Assembly (NCBI GenBank): GCA_002009975.1
Contig: MTLP01000038.1
Span: 1 to 36,693 of the forward strand
Reading direction: 5' to 3'
DNA: 36,693 nucleotides
Origin: Thermococcus sp. JdFR-02
GTDB lineage: Archaea > Methanobacteriota_B > Thermococci > Thermococcales > Thermococcaceae
Shown here one piece after another: positions 8,773-18,240 of the stretch (position 1 is the stretch's first letter; each line of letters begins with the position of its first letter). The notes under the pieces were generated by a model. The model did no database searches. It saw only the letters and a list, made by a program, of their open reading frames with translations, and had not been told where the DNA came from. Position numbers and translations under genes: made by a program.

Positions 8773-9276
8773 ATGGGTGAAAACAATATTTGGGGTTTGA
8801 AGTTTGGACAATGGCTGCTTAAAACGGGTCTTGCAAGCGTATTCCTTGGACTTTTATTTTGGTACGCATCAAACAAAAATGTGACAGTTGCAGAGACAAT
8901 AAATGCTCTTGCAAGTATCCCACTTGCATTTGTAATATTAATAGAGGTCTTTGATAAGGTTGCAGATAAAAATGACTACTACAACAAGCTTGTTGCAACA
9001 TTTGGCGCTAAGAAAAGCCGTGCAACTGCAATTTTAACAAGCATTATCTTTGCAGCCTTAGGCATGATGGCTATAATTTGGGCTCTTGTTGGATCTATAA
9101 CCGTAAATGCTGGAGTCGTTGGAGCTGCAAACTTATTCGTTGCAGGATTAATCAGCCTCTACATCTTTGCTCCAGAGACTGGAGATGATGAGCTTCTCTT
9201 GTGGACTTGGCTTGGTGCCACAATTGCGACAAAGGGAGCATACTTGACACTACTTCCAAGGATGTTCGGAATTTAA
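8773..9276 (+). CDS. Multi-pass membrane protein, element core
   Basis: RBS GGAGGTGA; 4-5 hydrophobic segments. Confidence 0.85.
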   Translation: MGENNIWGLKFGQWLLKTGLASVFLGLLFWYASNKNVTVAETINALASIPLAFVILIEVFDKVADKNDYYNKLVATFGAKKSRATAILTSIIFAALGMMAIIWALVGSITVNAGVVGAANLFVAGLISLYIFAPETGDDELLLWTWLGATIATKGAYLTLLPRMFGI

Positions 9277-9287
9277 AGGTGAGAGCA

Positions 9288-9629
9288 ATGCTCGGCAGAA
9301 TTGCAGTAGCCCTCTTGGTCTACATTCTTTGCATTTTCCATTGGCAAGATACAGTAACTTCAGTAGGCCAGCTTTTAGGCTTGGGTGGATTTTGGGCTTT
9401 ATTCATTCCATCAGCTCTTATAGGACTGTCAGTTTACAGGATTGCAGATTTGGACAATTGGGGGATTTGGGATGCTGCAGCAATGCTCACAATTGGAAGT
9501 TTTGCCATGTTAGCGATAACAAACAATCCAGAAGCAACAATATTTGAACTGATAAAAGGCGTTGTTAGCTTTTCAGTTGCAGCAATTCTTGCAGCCTTAA
9601 CACTAAAGAGAGGTGGTTCAAGTGGTTGA
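9288..9629 (+). CDS. Membrane protein (about 4 TM)
   Basis: RBS AGGTGA before ATG 9288; almost entirely hydrophobic. Confidence 0.75.
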   Translation: MLGRIAVALLVYILCIFHWQDTVTSVGQLLGLGGFWALFIPSALIGLSVYRIADLDNWGIWDAAAMLTIGSFAMLAITNNPEATIFELIKGVVSFSVAAILAALTLKRGGSSG

Positions 9630-9870
9630 TGCAAATTCTATCATCAACGGACTTCAGAATTTAGCCCAAACTCATCCATTTCTTGTACTTGGAATAGTCT
9701 TTCTTATCCTCAGTTTTGCTAGTGGGAGCAGAGCCCTCAAGCTGTTATTTGGAGTACTGGCAGCATTTGCGTTTATGAAGGAGTTTTCGTTGTTTGAGGC
9801 TTTTGTGAATCTCCTCAAGTCAATTCCCTCCCTCTTGAAAGATATTGCAAATGCATTTGGAGGTGGTTGA
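9622..9870 (+). CDS. Small two-TM protein (pilin-like size and topology)
   Basis: RBS GAGGTGG before GTG; two hydrophobic helices flanked by amphipathic helices. Confidence 0.75.
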   Translation: MVDANSIINGLQNLAQTHPFLVLGIVFLILSFASGSRALKLLFGVLAAFAFMKEFSLFEAFVNLLKSIPSLLKDIANAFGGG

Positions 9871-9872
9871 AA

Positions 9873-10697
9873 ATGAGAAAGAAGGAAAGGCAATTAATAA
9901 CGTTTGGTTTAGTTATTTTGTTTGTAGGCATTGCATATTGGGCTTACAGCGGCGGAGACTTTGGCTTCATAGACCTAAGCGATTGGCTAAACAGTGAAGC
10001 CCCATACAATGGATCAACAACTAATGAAACATATGAGCTTGGAATTAACTTACAAGCAAGCGCTTTAGAAACAGGAGATGTTCAAATTACCTTTAGCCTG
10101 CTAAATGAGGAATACTTCAATATTTCAAGCGTAAAGCTCTATTATGCCTTAAACGTTGCTGATCCTGCTAACGCTACTTACACTGCACTTTCCCTAACAG
10201 CTGAAAATGGCACATATAAGAGTACAATCGATTCAAGCTTTGGAGACACTGTCTATTACTACATTGAAGTCCAATACATTGAGAATAACGAGACTAAGGT
10301 TTGGAGGTATCCAAGCACTGGCTATGAGAGCATAACTGTTAACGATACTACCGCTCCAACGGTCTCAAATGTAACTGTTTCATATGATAGCACAACCGGT
10401 AACGCCACATTTAGCATTACAGCAAGCGATAACGATGCAATTGACTATGTGATGCTATTCTACGCCATAACAGCCGACGGTAATGCTACAACCTTCCAAA
10501 ACGTTACCTTGAGCACTTCACCATACGAAGTTACCTTAACCATTGACAGCAACGTTACAGATACCACATATTACTACGTTGACTTCTACGTAGAAGCATT
10601 TGACTTGAGTGGCAACAGCGTAAGACTTCCAGTAAACGGTACATTTGAGTTCTACGCCAACGAGACCGTAAGCTTAGTATTCCCACAAAGCGGTTAA
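9873..10697 (+). CDS. N-terminally anchored surface glycoprotein with two tandem Ig-like domains
   Basis: RBS GGAGGTGG; N-terminal TM; two similar beta units (..VKLYYA..YYYIEV..RYP / ..VMLFYA..FYVEA..RLP); 14 N-X-S/T sequons counted. Confidence 0.8.
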   Translation: MRKKERQLITFGLVILFVGIAYWAYSGGDFGFIDLSDWLNSEAPYNGSTTNETYELGINLQASALETGDVQITFSLLNEEYFNISSVKLYYALNVADPANATYTALSLTAENGTYKSTIDSSFGDTVYYYIEVQYIENNETKVWRYPSTGYESITVNDTTAPTVSNVTVSYDSTTGNATFSITASDNDAIDYVMLFYAITADGNATTFQNVTLSTSPYEVTLTIDSNVTDTTYYYVDFYVEAFDLSGNSVRLPVNGTFEFYANETVSLVFPQSG

Positions 10698-10738
10698 GGG
10701 GCTGATTGAATGAAGCCCCACTCTAACCCTTCTTTTTT
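10697..10738 (+). terminator. Possible hairpin + T-tract terminator/attenuator
   Basis: GGGGCT...AGCCCC inverted repeat followed by TTCTTTTTT; overlaps the start of the next ORF. Confidence 0.3.
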
Positions 10739-11186
10739 CAAGGTTATTTCAAGGATTTTTCTCTTTGTCTTCATCATCTCACTAATCTACTACTATCATG
10801 CCACATTTGCAGAGAACGAGCTTCAAAAAAGACTCTATGAGTTGGGTTATCCCAAAGAAGGCTTCATTGTTTATAATAGTACGTTAAGGTTTGCAGATGG
10901 TCACATTGTACGTTTTGAAGGAAATTATGTTGAAACTTATCCAATCACGGCAGAGGAAGCCCTAAACAGGCTAAACAACTATCTCGCAGAGTATAACCTG
11001 AAGCTCAAGAAGTACAAAATGAAAATTGAGCCTGAAATCAAAAGCATGAGCGAGAAAGAAGAAAATGGCAAGCTGTATTGGGTTTTTGAGCTGTACATCA
11101 AGAAAGGCTCCTCGAAATTCTTTGCTGGTTTGGCTTACGTTGAGCGTAAAGAGGGCTTGATTAAGATAAAAGGGCTTTTGGATTGA
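10710..11186 (+). CDS. Single-TM exported protein, element core
   Basis: N-terminal TM then soluble domain (AEEALNRLNNYL...LYWVFEL, PepSY-like pattern); start codon uncertain. Confidence 0.75.
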   Translation: MKPHSNPSFFKVISRIFLFVFIISLIYYYHATFAENELQKRLYELGYPKEGFIVYNSTLRFADGHIVRFEGNYVETYPITAEEALNRLNNYLAEYNLKLKKYKMKIEPEIKSMSEKEENGKLYWVFELYIKKGSSKFFAGLAYVERKEGLIKIKGLLD

Positions 11187-11187
11187 G

Positions 11188-11394
11188 GTGGGAAAAATGG
11201 GTATTTTGAAGAATGCAGCCAAAATTTTCGTAGTTGTTACAATAGCTTATTTCCTACTTGCAAAATTCCTTGTAATAGGCTTCATTGGGGATATCATAGA
11301 CCTTACGGTTGCAGTGGTAATTGGAGGAGCTTCTGCAGTAGTTTACATCATTCTAGTCATTCTAGCGGGAATTGCAAGATTGTTTCGGAGGTGA
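11188..11394 (+). CDS. Small two-TM membrane protein
   Basis: Hydrophobic 65-68 aa ORF; GAGGTGG RBS suggests the ATG at 11197 as start. Confidence 0.7.
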   Translation: MGKMGILKNAAKIFVVVTIAYFLLAKFLVIGFIGDIIDLTVAVVIGGASAVVYIILVILAGIARLFRR

Positions 11395-11400
11395 TGACAA

Positions 11401-11847
11401 ATGAAAAAGATTTTGGGCTTATTATTGCTTGTCGGCTTAATAGCAGCTTCAGCTGGTTGCATAAGTTTTGGTGATGGTGGAGCTATCATTTTAAGCTTTG
11501 GAAATGAAACCTACACTTTCACTCTTCCCGAAAACCAAACCAACACAACTACGACCACAACACCAGCTCCAGAGGAGCCGCAAGAATATGTGTATGAAAA
11601 GACCGTTGAAGTTGGGCAAAAACTAACCATTTTGGAGCTTAATTTTGAAATTGCACCAGATTATGACGCCACAGAAGGCAAATTCTTCTTTGTAACCACA
11701 AATGGCGTGTATTGGGAGCCGATGAATATCACAATTGACAATGTGAGCATTCTTGGCGAGGGATATTGGGCAGGAACAACCACGTATGTTGCCAAGATTA
11801 CAATAACCTCCCCAACACCCCTCACTATCGAGGTGACTACAAAATGA
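11401..11847 (+). CDS. Lipoprotein with Thr-rich linker
   Basis: RBS GGAGGTGA; lipobox-like LIAASAG-C; TNTTTTTTP linker. Confidence 0.8.
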   Translation: MKKILGLLLLVGLIAASAGCISFGDGGAIILSFGNETYTFTLPENQTNTTTTTTPAPEEPQEYVYEKTVEVGQKLTILELNFEIAPDYDATEGKFFFVTTNGVYWEPMNITIDNVSILGEGYWAGTTTYVAKITITSPTPLTIEVTTK

Positions 11848-12659
11848 AGCGCTTTTTCCTAATATTCATTATAATATTAATAGGAACATTAGGCCTCGTA
11901 TCCGCAACATACTCCTGGACTGGAAGGCTGAGTGTTGGAGATAAACTCTACGTTAATGAATTAATAATTCAAATTGACAAAAATAAGGCCAATAACAAAA
12001 CAGCGGCAATAGTCTATCAAGGAAACCAACTATTGGGTTTAGTCTATGCTGGAGATTCTGAGACTTTTGAAGGGCTTGAGATAAGGATTGATGAGTTCAA
12101 CAATTATGTCCTAGTGAGTATTTCCAGCCAAGAACCTTTCACAATAAGCTTCAACGCAACCGAAGACTATTCTGCAGAGTTGAAAAAGCTTAAAGAAGAG
12201 AATACAAAGCTAAAGCAGGAAAATGAGCAACTGAAAAAGCAAGTTGAGAGTCTAACAAATGAGAACAAGCAGTTGAAGAGAAGAGTTTCTGATTTGGAAA
12301 AGCAGCTCAAAGAAGCCAAAGCCCAAGATGTTTCTAAGCTTCAAGCCAAGATAGCCAATTTAACCAAAGAGAATAGACTTCTTAAGGAAAAACTTGCTAA
12401 TCAAACGAATTTAGTCAATCAATACAAAGCAAAAGCCCAATTCTTAGAACAGCAAAACAACGAGTATAAAACTTTAATTGCAAAGCTCTTAGAAGAGCAA
12501 GCGCAAAAATCAGAGAAAAGCTACATTGAACAGGCTAAAAAAGAAAGACTAATCGGTTCTATCATTATTAAGGCTCTTATAGTTGGAGGCTTGCTTGTTG
12601 GAGGAATAGGATTCTTGCTTTACAGAGTTAAGAAAGGTTGGGAATATGCTGGACTGTAA
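11844..12659 (+). CDS. Secreted long coiled-coil protein with C-terminal TM anchor (t26-13p-like position)
   Basis: RBS GAGGTGA, ATGA overlap; signal peptide; heptads LKEENTKLKQENEQLKKQVESLTNENKQL; C-terminal TM. Confidence 0.85.
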   Translation: MKRFFLIFIIILIGTLGLVSATYSWTGRLSVGDKLYVNELIIQIDKNKANNKTAAIVYQGNQLLGLVYAGDSETFEGLEIRIDEFNNYVLVSISSQEPFTISFNATEDYSAELKKLKEENTKLKQENEQLKKQVESLTNENKQLKRRVSDLEKQLKEAKAQDVSKLQAKIANLTKENRLLKEKLANQTNLVNQYKAKAQFLEQQNNEYKTLIAKLLEEQAQKSEKSYIEQAKKERLIGSIIIKALIVGGLLVGGIGFLLYRVKKGWEYAGL

Positions 12660-12791
12660 TTCCCTAATCGTAAAAGGAAGAATAGGGAGGATTAAGGAAA
12701 ACAAAGGTTGCTGAGTTCATCTTTTACGACGAAATATAGTTTTTTGTTTTGAATAAAGAAAAACGTGAAAGAAAAAGGAGGGTTGGGTTAA

Positions 12792-14195
12792 ATGGCAATA
12801 TCAACACGAGTATCAGCACAAGAAGAAATCGAAATACCTTACTTCAATCCAAGCAGTGGACCATATCTTGGAAGAGCAATGAGCACAAACAAGAAAGAAA
12901 AGCTTTACTTACCGCTTAAAATTGGAGACGCAAATCACATTTTCCTACTTGGGAAAACAGGCTATGGCAAAACATCATTTATGAAGGCAATGGCTGAAGC
13001 ATTGTGGATTTATTATCATGAAGTATTCGGAAAAGAAGTCATGATAATAATCTTCGAGAGAAAGTATGACTATTCAAAATATCAAAAGCTCAAACAGTTT
13101 TGGATTAAGAGAATACAAGAGCTTGGAAAAGCAGAGGCAAGTAGAAGACATCCCTTTCTTGCCAAATACTTTGAGATACAAGAAAAACATCCACAACTCA
13201 AACACATGCTAGGCTTTCCTGGAGACTTTGCGATGGGGCTCCCAAACTACATCCTCATAGACACTTACATTTCAAAAAGACCATATCCCGTAGACATCTT
13301 CACATGGCATGGACTAAGACCAAGAAGCTTCCCAACAAGAAGAATAGTATTTAGACCAACAAGAAGCATCTACGCAATAAAACTCGATAACGGACCAGAT
13401 GCCGAGGTTGTTGAAGGCCACATCCAATACAAGCACTTAACCTTTGATATGCTCACTCAAAAGTTTGACATTCCAAAAGGAACAGCTTACGGCAGACTAA
13501 TTCGCAAGTATTGGAAAGTTTATGGTGTCCATGACCCAAAGAATCTTTTAAGCATGATTTATTCACAAGAACAAGTAAGAGAAAGCACATGGGAATCCAT
13601 CCGCTCAATCATGGAAGAAATTGCCGCTGATCCTCTTTATGTCAAAGACAACCAAAAGGACTTTACAACCTTTTTGACAACCGACAGAATTAATATCATA
13701 GACTTTTCAGACAATTCTAATCTTGATTTGGACGAGCAAAGGCTTATCATGTATCTATTATGGCAACGATTAAAAGCTATTGCAGGAAAAAAGAGAGTAG
13801 ACATTTGGATTTTCTTTGATGAGATTCAGGATTTGATAGGCACGGCTGGTGAGGCCTCAAAGCACAACCTCGCATGGAGAGCAATGGAAGAACTTTACAG
13901 AAAGGGTAGAAGTCTAAGCATCAACGTTGTTGCAGGAACCCAATACCTCTACAGGCTTCCTATGTCTCTAATAATGGGTGCGGCTCATATAGCTGTAATT
14001 GGAGCCCTTGCGAGCCCGAAAGACTTGGACATTCTGAGAGTTGCAATTATGGATGGTGAAAAGCTGAGAATACCTGTCGAGCATGACAGCTTTGAGGAAT
14101 TCATAAAACGTAGAAAGAAGAAAGGAAGAGGCTGGTTTTCTTTTGATAGAGAATTCACCGTTAAAATGTATTTTCGCCCAAATCAAAGCTTTTGA
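12792..14195 (+). CDS. HerA/FtsK/VirB4-like P-loop ATPase (t26-14p-like position)
   Basis: Walker A GKTGYGKT, Walker B IFFDEIQ, RKGRS arginine motif and VAGTQ, typical of the FtsK-HerA superfamily. Confidence 0.88.
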   Translation: MAISTRVSAQEEIEIPYFNPSSGPYLGRAMSTNKKEKLYLPLKIGDANHIFLLGKTGYGKTSFMKAMAEALWIYYHEVFGKEVMIIIFERKYDYSKYQKLKQFWIKRIQELGKAEASRRHPFLAKYFEIQEKHPQLKHMLGFPGDFAMGLPNYILIDTYISKRPYPVDIFTWHGLRPRSFPTRRIVFRPTRSIYAIKLDNGPDAEVVEGHIQYKHLTFDMLTQKFDIPKGTAYGRLIRKYWKVYGVHDPKNLLSMIYSQEQVRESTWESIRSIMEEIAADPLYVKDNQKDFTTFLTTDRINIIDFSDNSNLDLDEQRLIMYLLWQRLKAIAGKKRVDIWIFFDEIQDLIGTAGEASKHNLAWRAMEELYRKGRSLSINVVAGTQYLYRLPMSLIMGAAHIAVIGALASPKDLDILRVAIMDGEKLRIPVEHDSFEEFIKRRKKKGRGWFSFDREFTVKMYFRPNQSF

Positions 14196-14205
14196 GGTGA
14201 TAAAA

Positions 14206-14967
14206 ATGAGGATATTTGATAGATTTAGGAGAAAGAAAAAGAAGAAAGAACCTGGAGTTATTATGAGTGATGAAGAAGCTGCAAGCTATTTCATAAGCCT
14301 TAAAGAGTTTGACTTAGAAGAAGAAATTGAAAAAAGAGTAGAAGAGAGAGTTAAACAAATGCGCATTTTAGCCCAAAGAATGAGCCAAATCAAGCCAACA
14401 TATCAAAAGCTCCTCATAGCAGTGACTCCTGATGAGGGCTCAATCATCTTAGGACACCCTGTAAGCTACATGATAAACTATGATGAGTACTGGATCTATT
14501 ACCAAGAAAGACCTCCGAGTTGGTTAGATTCCCTCTGGTGGAGCTTGGTAAGATTCTTCGGAAGACAACCACCACACAAAATCCTAAAAGCCCACAAGAA
14601 AATAACCAAATTTAACAACGAAGCCATAACAGTTTACTGCCAATCGATAAGCGAGTATAGAGGAACAGGAATACAAGAAGCTATTCCAGTAGTAGTTCAT
14701 CCAGCAATCAAAGCAGGATGGGAAGCTTATGAAGCAGTAAAAGCTGAGCGTGATAAATACAAAGAAAAGTACTTCACACTCTTAAGAGAAGCAAAAAGGG
14801 AAGTTGAGCTCGCATTACATATTAATCCAAGAGTCAAGGTCTATTGGAAGGAGAAAGAACAAAAAGGCAAGAACATCCAAAAAGAGCATTTTGGAGGCAC
14901 AGAACTCACATTCGACAATGAAAACCCAATTAGGAGAGAGCTTAAAGAAATCGTGGGAGAGGGTTAA
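14206..14967 (+). CDS. Hypothetical protein following the ATPase (element core)
   Basis: RBS GAGGTGA before ATG 14206; 253 aa, coiled-coil segments. Confidence 0.8.
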   Translation: MRIFDRFRRKKKKKEPGVIMSDEEAASYFISLKEFDLEEEIEKRVEERVKQMRILAQRMSQIKPTYQKLLIAVTPDEGSIILGHPVSYMINYDEYWIYYQERPPSWLDSLWWSLVRFFGRQPPHKILKAHKKITKFNNEAITVYCQSISEYRGTGIQEAIPVVVHPAIKAGWEAYEAVKAERDKYKEKYFTLLREAKREVELALHINPRVKVYWKEKEQKGKNIQKEHFGGTELTFDNENPIRRELKEIVGEG

Positions 14968-14969
14968 AG

Positions 14970-15272
14970 ATGGAACTTACAGAACAGAACAATTCCACAA
15001 ATCCAGAGGACCTATTAAAGCAAATCGCAAGCCAAGAGTTTAAAGAAGTTACAGAACCAGTTGAAGAAGAACCCAAAGAGGAGAAAAAAGAGAAAAGAAA
15101 AAGCACATGGGGCTTGAAGAAAAAGAAAGAGCTTAATGAGGAAATCTTGAAAGAAATTCAGAAGAAGTTAGCTCTTGCATGGGAGCTAATGGGGACTGAG
15201 TATGGAAGAAAGCTCATCGAAGATGTTGCAGTGGAGATAAAGAAATTGTGTATCATCAATGAGTTGCCCTGA
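14970..15272 (+). CDS. Small charged hypothetical protein, last gene of core operon
   Basis: RBS GGAGAGGG; followed by T-tract CCTTTTTGTTATTTT. Confidence 0.75.
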   Translation: MELTEQNNSTNPEDLLKQIASQEFKEVTEPVEEEPKEEKKEKRKSTWGLKKKKELNEEILKEIQKKLALAWELMGTEYGRKLIEDVAVEIKKLCIINELP

Positions 15273-15289
15273 CCTTTTTGTTATTTTCA

Positions 15290-15871
15290 TCATTTGAGTT
15301 GCAGGATTAAAGATACAATTCCAACAATAGCTGCAATGATAGCACCAGCCGAGCCTAGCAGGAGTAGTAAATCATAACATGACATACAGCTTTTCATTTT
15401 GCTAATTTCCTTCATATCAAGAACTTTAACACGAACACCACCACCCCCAAGGGATATCCATCGCTCATCTCCTATCCGCCCATGTTTTCCAGAAATAGCT
15501 CCGGGGTTTTGTTTCTTCCATTGGGGGTTGCCCCTGACCTCAATTATTTCGATGAGATTAAGCTTTGCTGTTATTCTATATTGGCTAGGTTCCATAAGTC
15601 TAAAATCGAACTTTATTTCCTTAAATTCGTGGGATTCAAGTTTGAATGGTTCAGAAAAACGACTATTGAACGTAGGATACCCTCTACCGGGTTGATGCTT
15701 GATCATTTCGCTCCAAACATCTACTATAAGATATTCATCTTCCTTTGTAGGGTATGGAGCATCAGCATGATTCTTAATACGAATTGTGACAGGCACTTTC
15801 TCTCCAACACGACATATCCGTGGCATTTTAATGTGAATTGAAAGAGCCTGAAACGAGTTCGTCTTCCCCAC
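15290..15871 (-). CDS. Hypothetical protein, CARDB/Ig-like domain with C-terminal TM
   Basis: VGEKVPVTIRIKN...LESHEFKEIKFDF..PSQYRITA pattern; hydrophobic C-terminus; GGTGA RBS. Confidence 0.65.
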   Translation of the reverse strand: MGKTNSFQALSIHIKMPRICRVGEKVPVTIRIKNHADAPYPTKEDEYLIVDVWSEMIKHQPGRGYPTFNSRFSEPFKLESHEFKEIKFDFRLMEPSQYRITAKLNLIEIIEVRGNPQWKKQNPGAISGKHGRIGDERWISLGGGGVRVKVLDMKEISKMKSCMSCYDLLLLLGSAGAIIAAIVGIVSLILQLK

Positions 15872-15894
15872 TCATAGTCACCTTATAGACATGA

Positions 15895-16380
15895 TCAGAT
15901 GGGCAATTCAAAGACTTTGAGGCTATCTATGGAAAAGACTTCCTTTTCATCTTTTAAATCTCCGCACTTCACGATTATCCTCATACCGACTTTTCCCGAT
16001 GATGCTTTAATGCCTCCCTTCAAAATTTTTGATGTATTAGCGGGTAAATCAAAAATCTTATAGGGCTCGACTCCAAGAGGATCTCTTCCATATCGATTCA
16101 TGTCTTTTTCATAGCTACTCCAGTCATATAGTGGTTTTGTCTCGACGTCTGTCTGCATAATTGCATAACACTCTCTTAACTCTATTCCTCCTTTATTAGC
16201 AACTTCCACTAAAATAGTAAATGAATAGGTCTCATCTGGCTGTTTGTGAACATCCTTTGTCCTCCAAACATTAATTATTTTTAATTTTGGCCTTTTCTTA
16301 ATCCAGATGTATACGTTGAAAAGTACTAGGGAGGTAGAGGCAGTAGCAGCAATTATGGATGCTATATATGTAGGCTCCAT
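15895..16380 (-). CDS. Hypothetical protein, N-terminal TM + beta domain
   Basis: RBS GGAGGTGA; TM followed by KRPKLKI...VEVANKG. Confidence 0.75.
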   Translation of the reverse strand: MEPTYIASIIAATASTSLVLFNVYIWIKKRPKLKIINVWRTKDVHKQPDETYSFTILVEVANKGGIELRECYAIMQTDVETKPLYDWSSYEKDMNRYGRDPLGVEPYKIFDLPANTSKILKGGIKASSGKVGMRIIVKCGDLKDEKEVFSIDSLKVFELPI

Positions 16381-16637
16381 CAGATCACCTCCCGATAGAC
16401 AATTTCACATCAAAATTATTACATTCATCATAATAAAGTTTGTGTAATGATTAACTAAAGAAAGTTTAAACTATTCAATGTCAGTTTTTCAACTAACTAT
16501 TTGTCAATAAGTCAATTACTCGTAGGACAAAATATATTTGAGAGTTAAACATCTTTCTAATATAATAAAACCAAAGGCTCCTATTCTTGTAATCAACCGT
16601 TACTTAAAATAGCAAAAATTCTAGGAGGTGTTAATTT

Positions 16638-17340
16638 TTGCCAAGAAAAAAAGGTAAAGGTTCTGGCTTTGAGAAAAGAGTAACAAGCAGATATAAGAAA
16701 GGTAGGTATAATGTTAAACAGAATGTGATAGGAAAACGAAATGGTAGGAAATATGAGATTGATGCAATAATAGAAAGAGGGAAAGAAAGATACCCAACAG
16801 AGATGAATGGCGGGAGACAAATTTTAACAACCTCTCAAGTGTTAGCAACCTACAAAAAGCTTAGCTACAGAAAAGGCACACCAACACTCATGGAAGAGAG
16901 ATATAGTCCAGCTGCGGATCTTATTTTATATGCATTCTTTGGCACCATGATATCCATTGTTTGGAATTATGTTCAAAACTACTCCAGTTGGACAATTGGC
17001 TTTGTTAATTGGCATATTTATTTTAGGAGCATTTCTTCTTGGAGTAACACTTTTCATCGTTGAGGAGTACCTAAAAACAATGCTATAATCCATTTAAAAT
17101 CATAATAGTAGTTTTGTACAATCTTTCCATTGAAAAGAAGAGAGCTTAGGAAAAAAGCAAAAGAAAACATCAACCAAAATACTTGAAGAACTAAAGACCA
17201 GAGAAATAACTGATGACATCAATAGAGAACACCTAACCTTTTGGACATTCCCAAGAAAGCATGTTGAGGATTATTTTGTGATTCTTGGTTACATGCTAGT
17301 GGAGTTGTTGTTCAAGAAAAATCTTATTAACTTAAAAGGT
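16638..17340 (+). pseudogene. Degenerate Mrr-like restriction endonuclease fragment fused to decayed membrane-protein gene
   Basis: RBS GGAGGTG; GFEKRV...YEIDAIIE...EMN (ExK lysine lost). The downstream hydrophobic part continues in another frame (LALLIGIFILGAFLLGVTLFIVEEYLK) and then breaks up. Confidence 0.55.
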
Positions 17341-17418
17341 ATAGTATAGTACTAAAGAATATTCGTGATTTACTCCTTCCAAGCTTAGTACTTGGAAGAA
17401 TACTGGTGGGTGATTTAA

Positions 17419-18234
17419 ATGCCAAGGGTATTTCTAGCCCCATATAGATTTGAGGTTGTGAAATTGCCCTCGAAATATAATGGAAATTTCTTGAAGTTCT
17501 TGGAAACGAAAAAAAGAAAACATTATGTCGATAACAATGATCAAACAGAATTTATTTTGGAGTCAGTTAATGTAGAGGGCAACAAAGCTTGGGGTTATAT
17601 GCAATATGGGAGGTTTGGATCAAAAAGACCAGTAGTCGATGTCAAAACTCAAACAAAAACAAAGGACATAGAAGAATACGAATCACCCTTGGATAACTAT
17701 TTTTATCTCATTGAATACAATCAAAGAACTAAGATCGGATTTATGGTTATTCAGAGGATAGGAAATATTGGTGTTAGATCTGCCTTTTCCAATGCTCTAG
17801 AACAGTGGGATGGGCATTTAAAAATTGATCCTGTAATACTGAAGCTGAATAAACTTTTGGAAAGTCCAATTATGGAAATCAAAATTCGTGTTCCAAAGAA
17901 ACCTAGGGATATAGATTCAAGATTAGACAAATTCAAGATAACAAATGAGAAGGAACTTTATGTTGAGATTTCAATCAAAGCTAGGAGAAACAAAGTTATA
18001 AAGCTAAAAGATGACATTTTGGCGGCAATAAGAAATTATGACCTGAGTAATATCGGATACATCTATGATAAAGATGAAGAAAAGAGTATTGTTGTGAAGG
18101 TTGGAGACAGCAGACGCACTATAAATCTAACAAGAGGAAAAGTTCGCACATGGGTCGAGGTCAAAAATATAAACAAAATAAAAGAAGAGGCAGAGGAAAT
18201 TTTAAAAGAGATTAAAAAGGAACCAATAAAATAA
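17419..18234 (+). CDS. Soluble hypothetical protein (basic, alpha/beta), first of two-gene cassette
   Basis: RBS GGGTGA; 271 aa open frame; 6 bp from the next gene. Confidence 0.8.
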   Translation: MPRVFLAPYRFEVVKLPSKYNGNFLKFLETKKRKHYVDNNDQTEFILESVNVEGNKAWGYMQYGRFGSKRPVVDVKTQTKTKDIEEYESPLDNYFYLIEYNQRTKIGFMVIQRIGNIGVRSAFSNALEQWDGHLKIDPVILKLNKLLESPIMEIKIRVPKKPRDIDSRLDKFKITNEKELYVEISIKARRNKVIKLKDDILAAIRNYDLSNIGYIYDKDEEKSIVVKVGDSRRTINLTRGKVRTWVEVKNINKIKEEAEEILKEIKKEPIK

Positions 18235-18240
18235 TAACTG

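Noticed and set aside
11544-11562. ACA/ACT/ACG/ACC repeat as a contingency locus
   Set aside because: Mixed codons encoding a Thr linker, not a pure tandem repeat.
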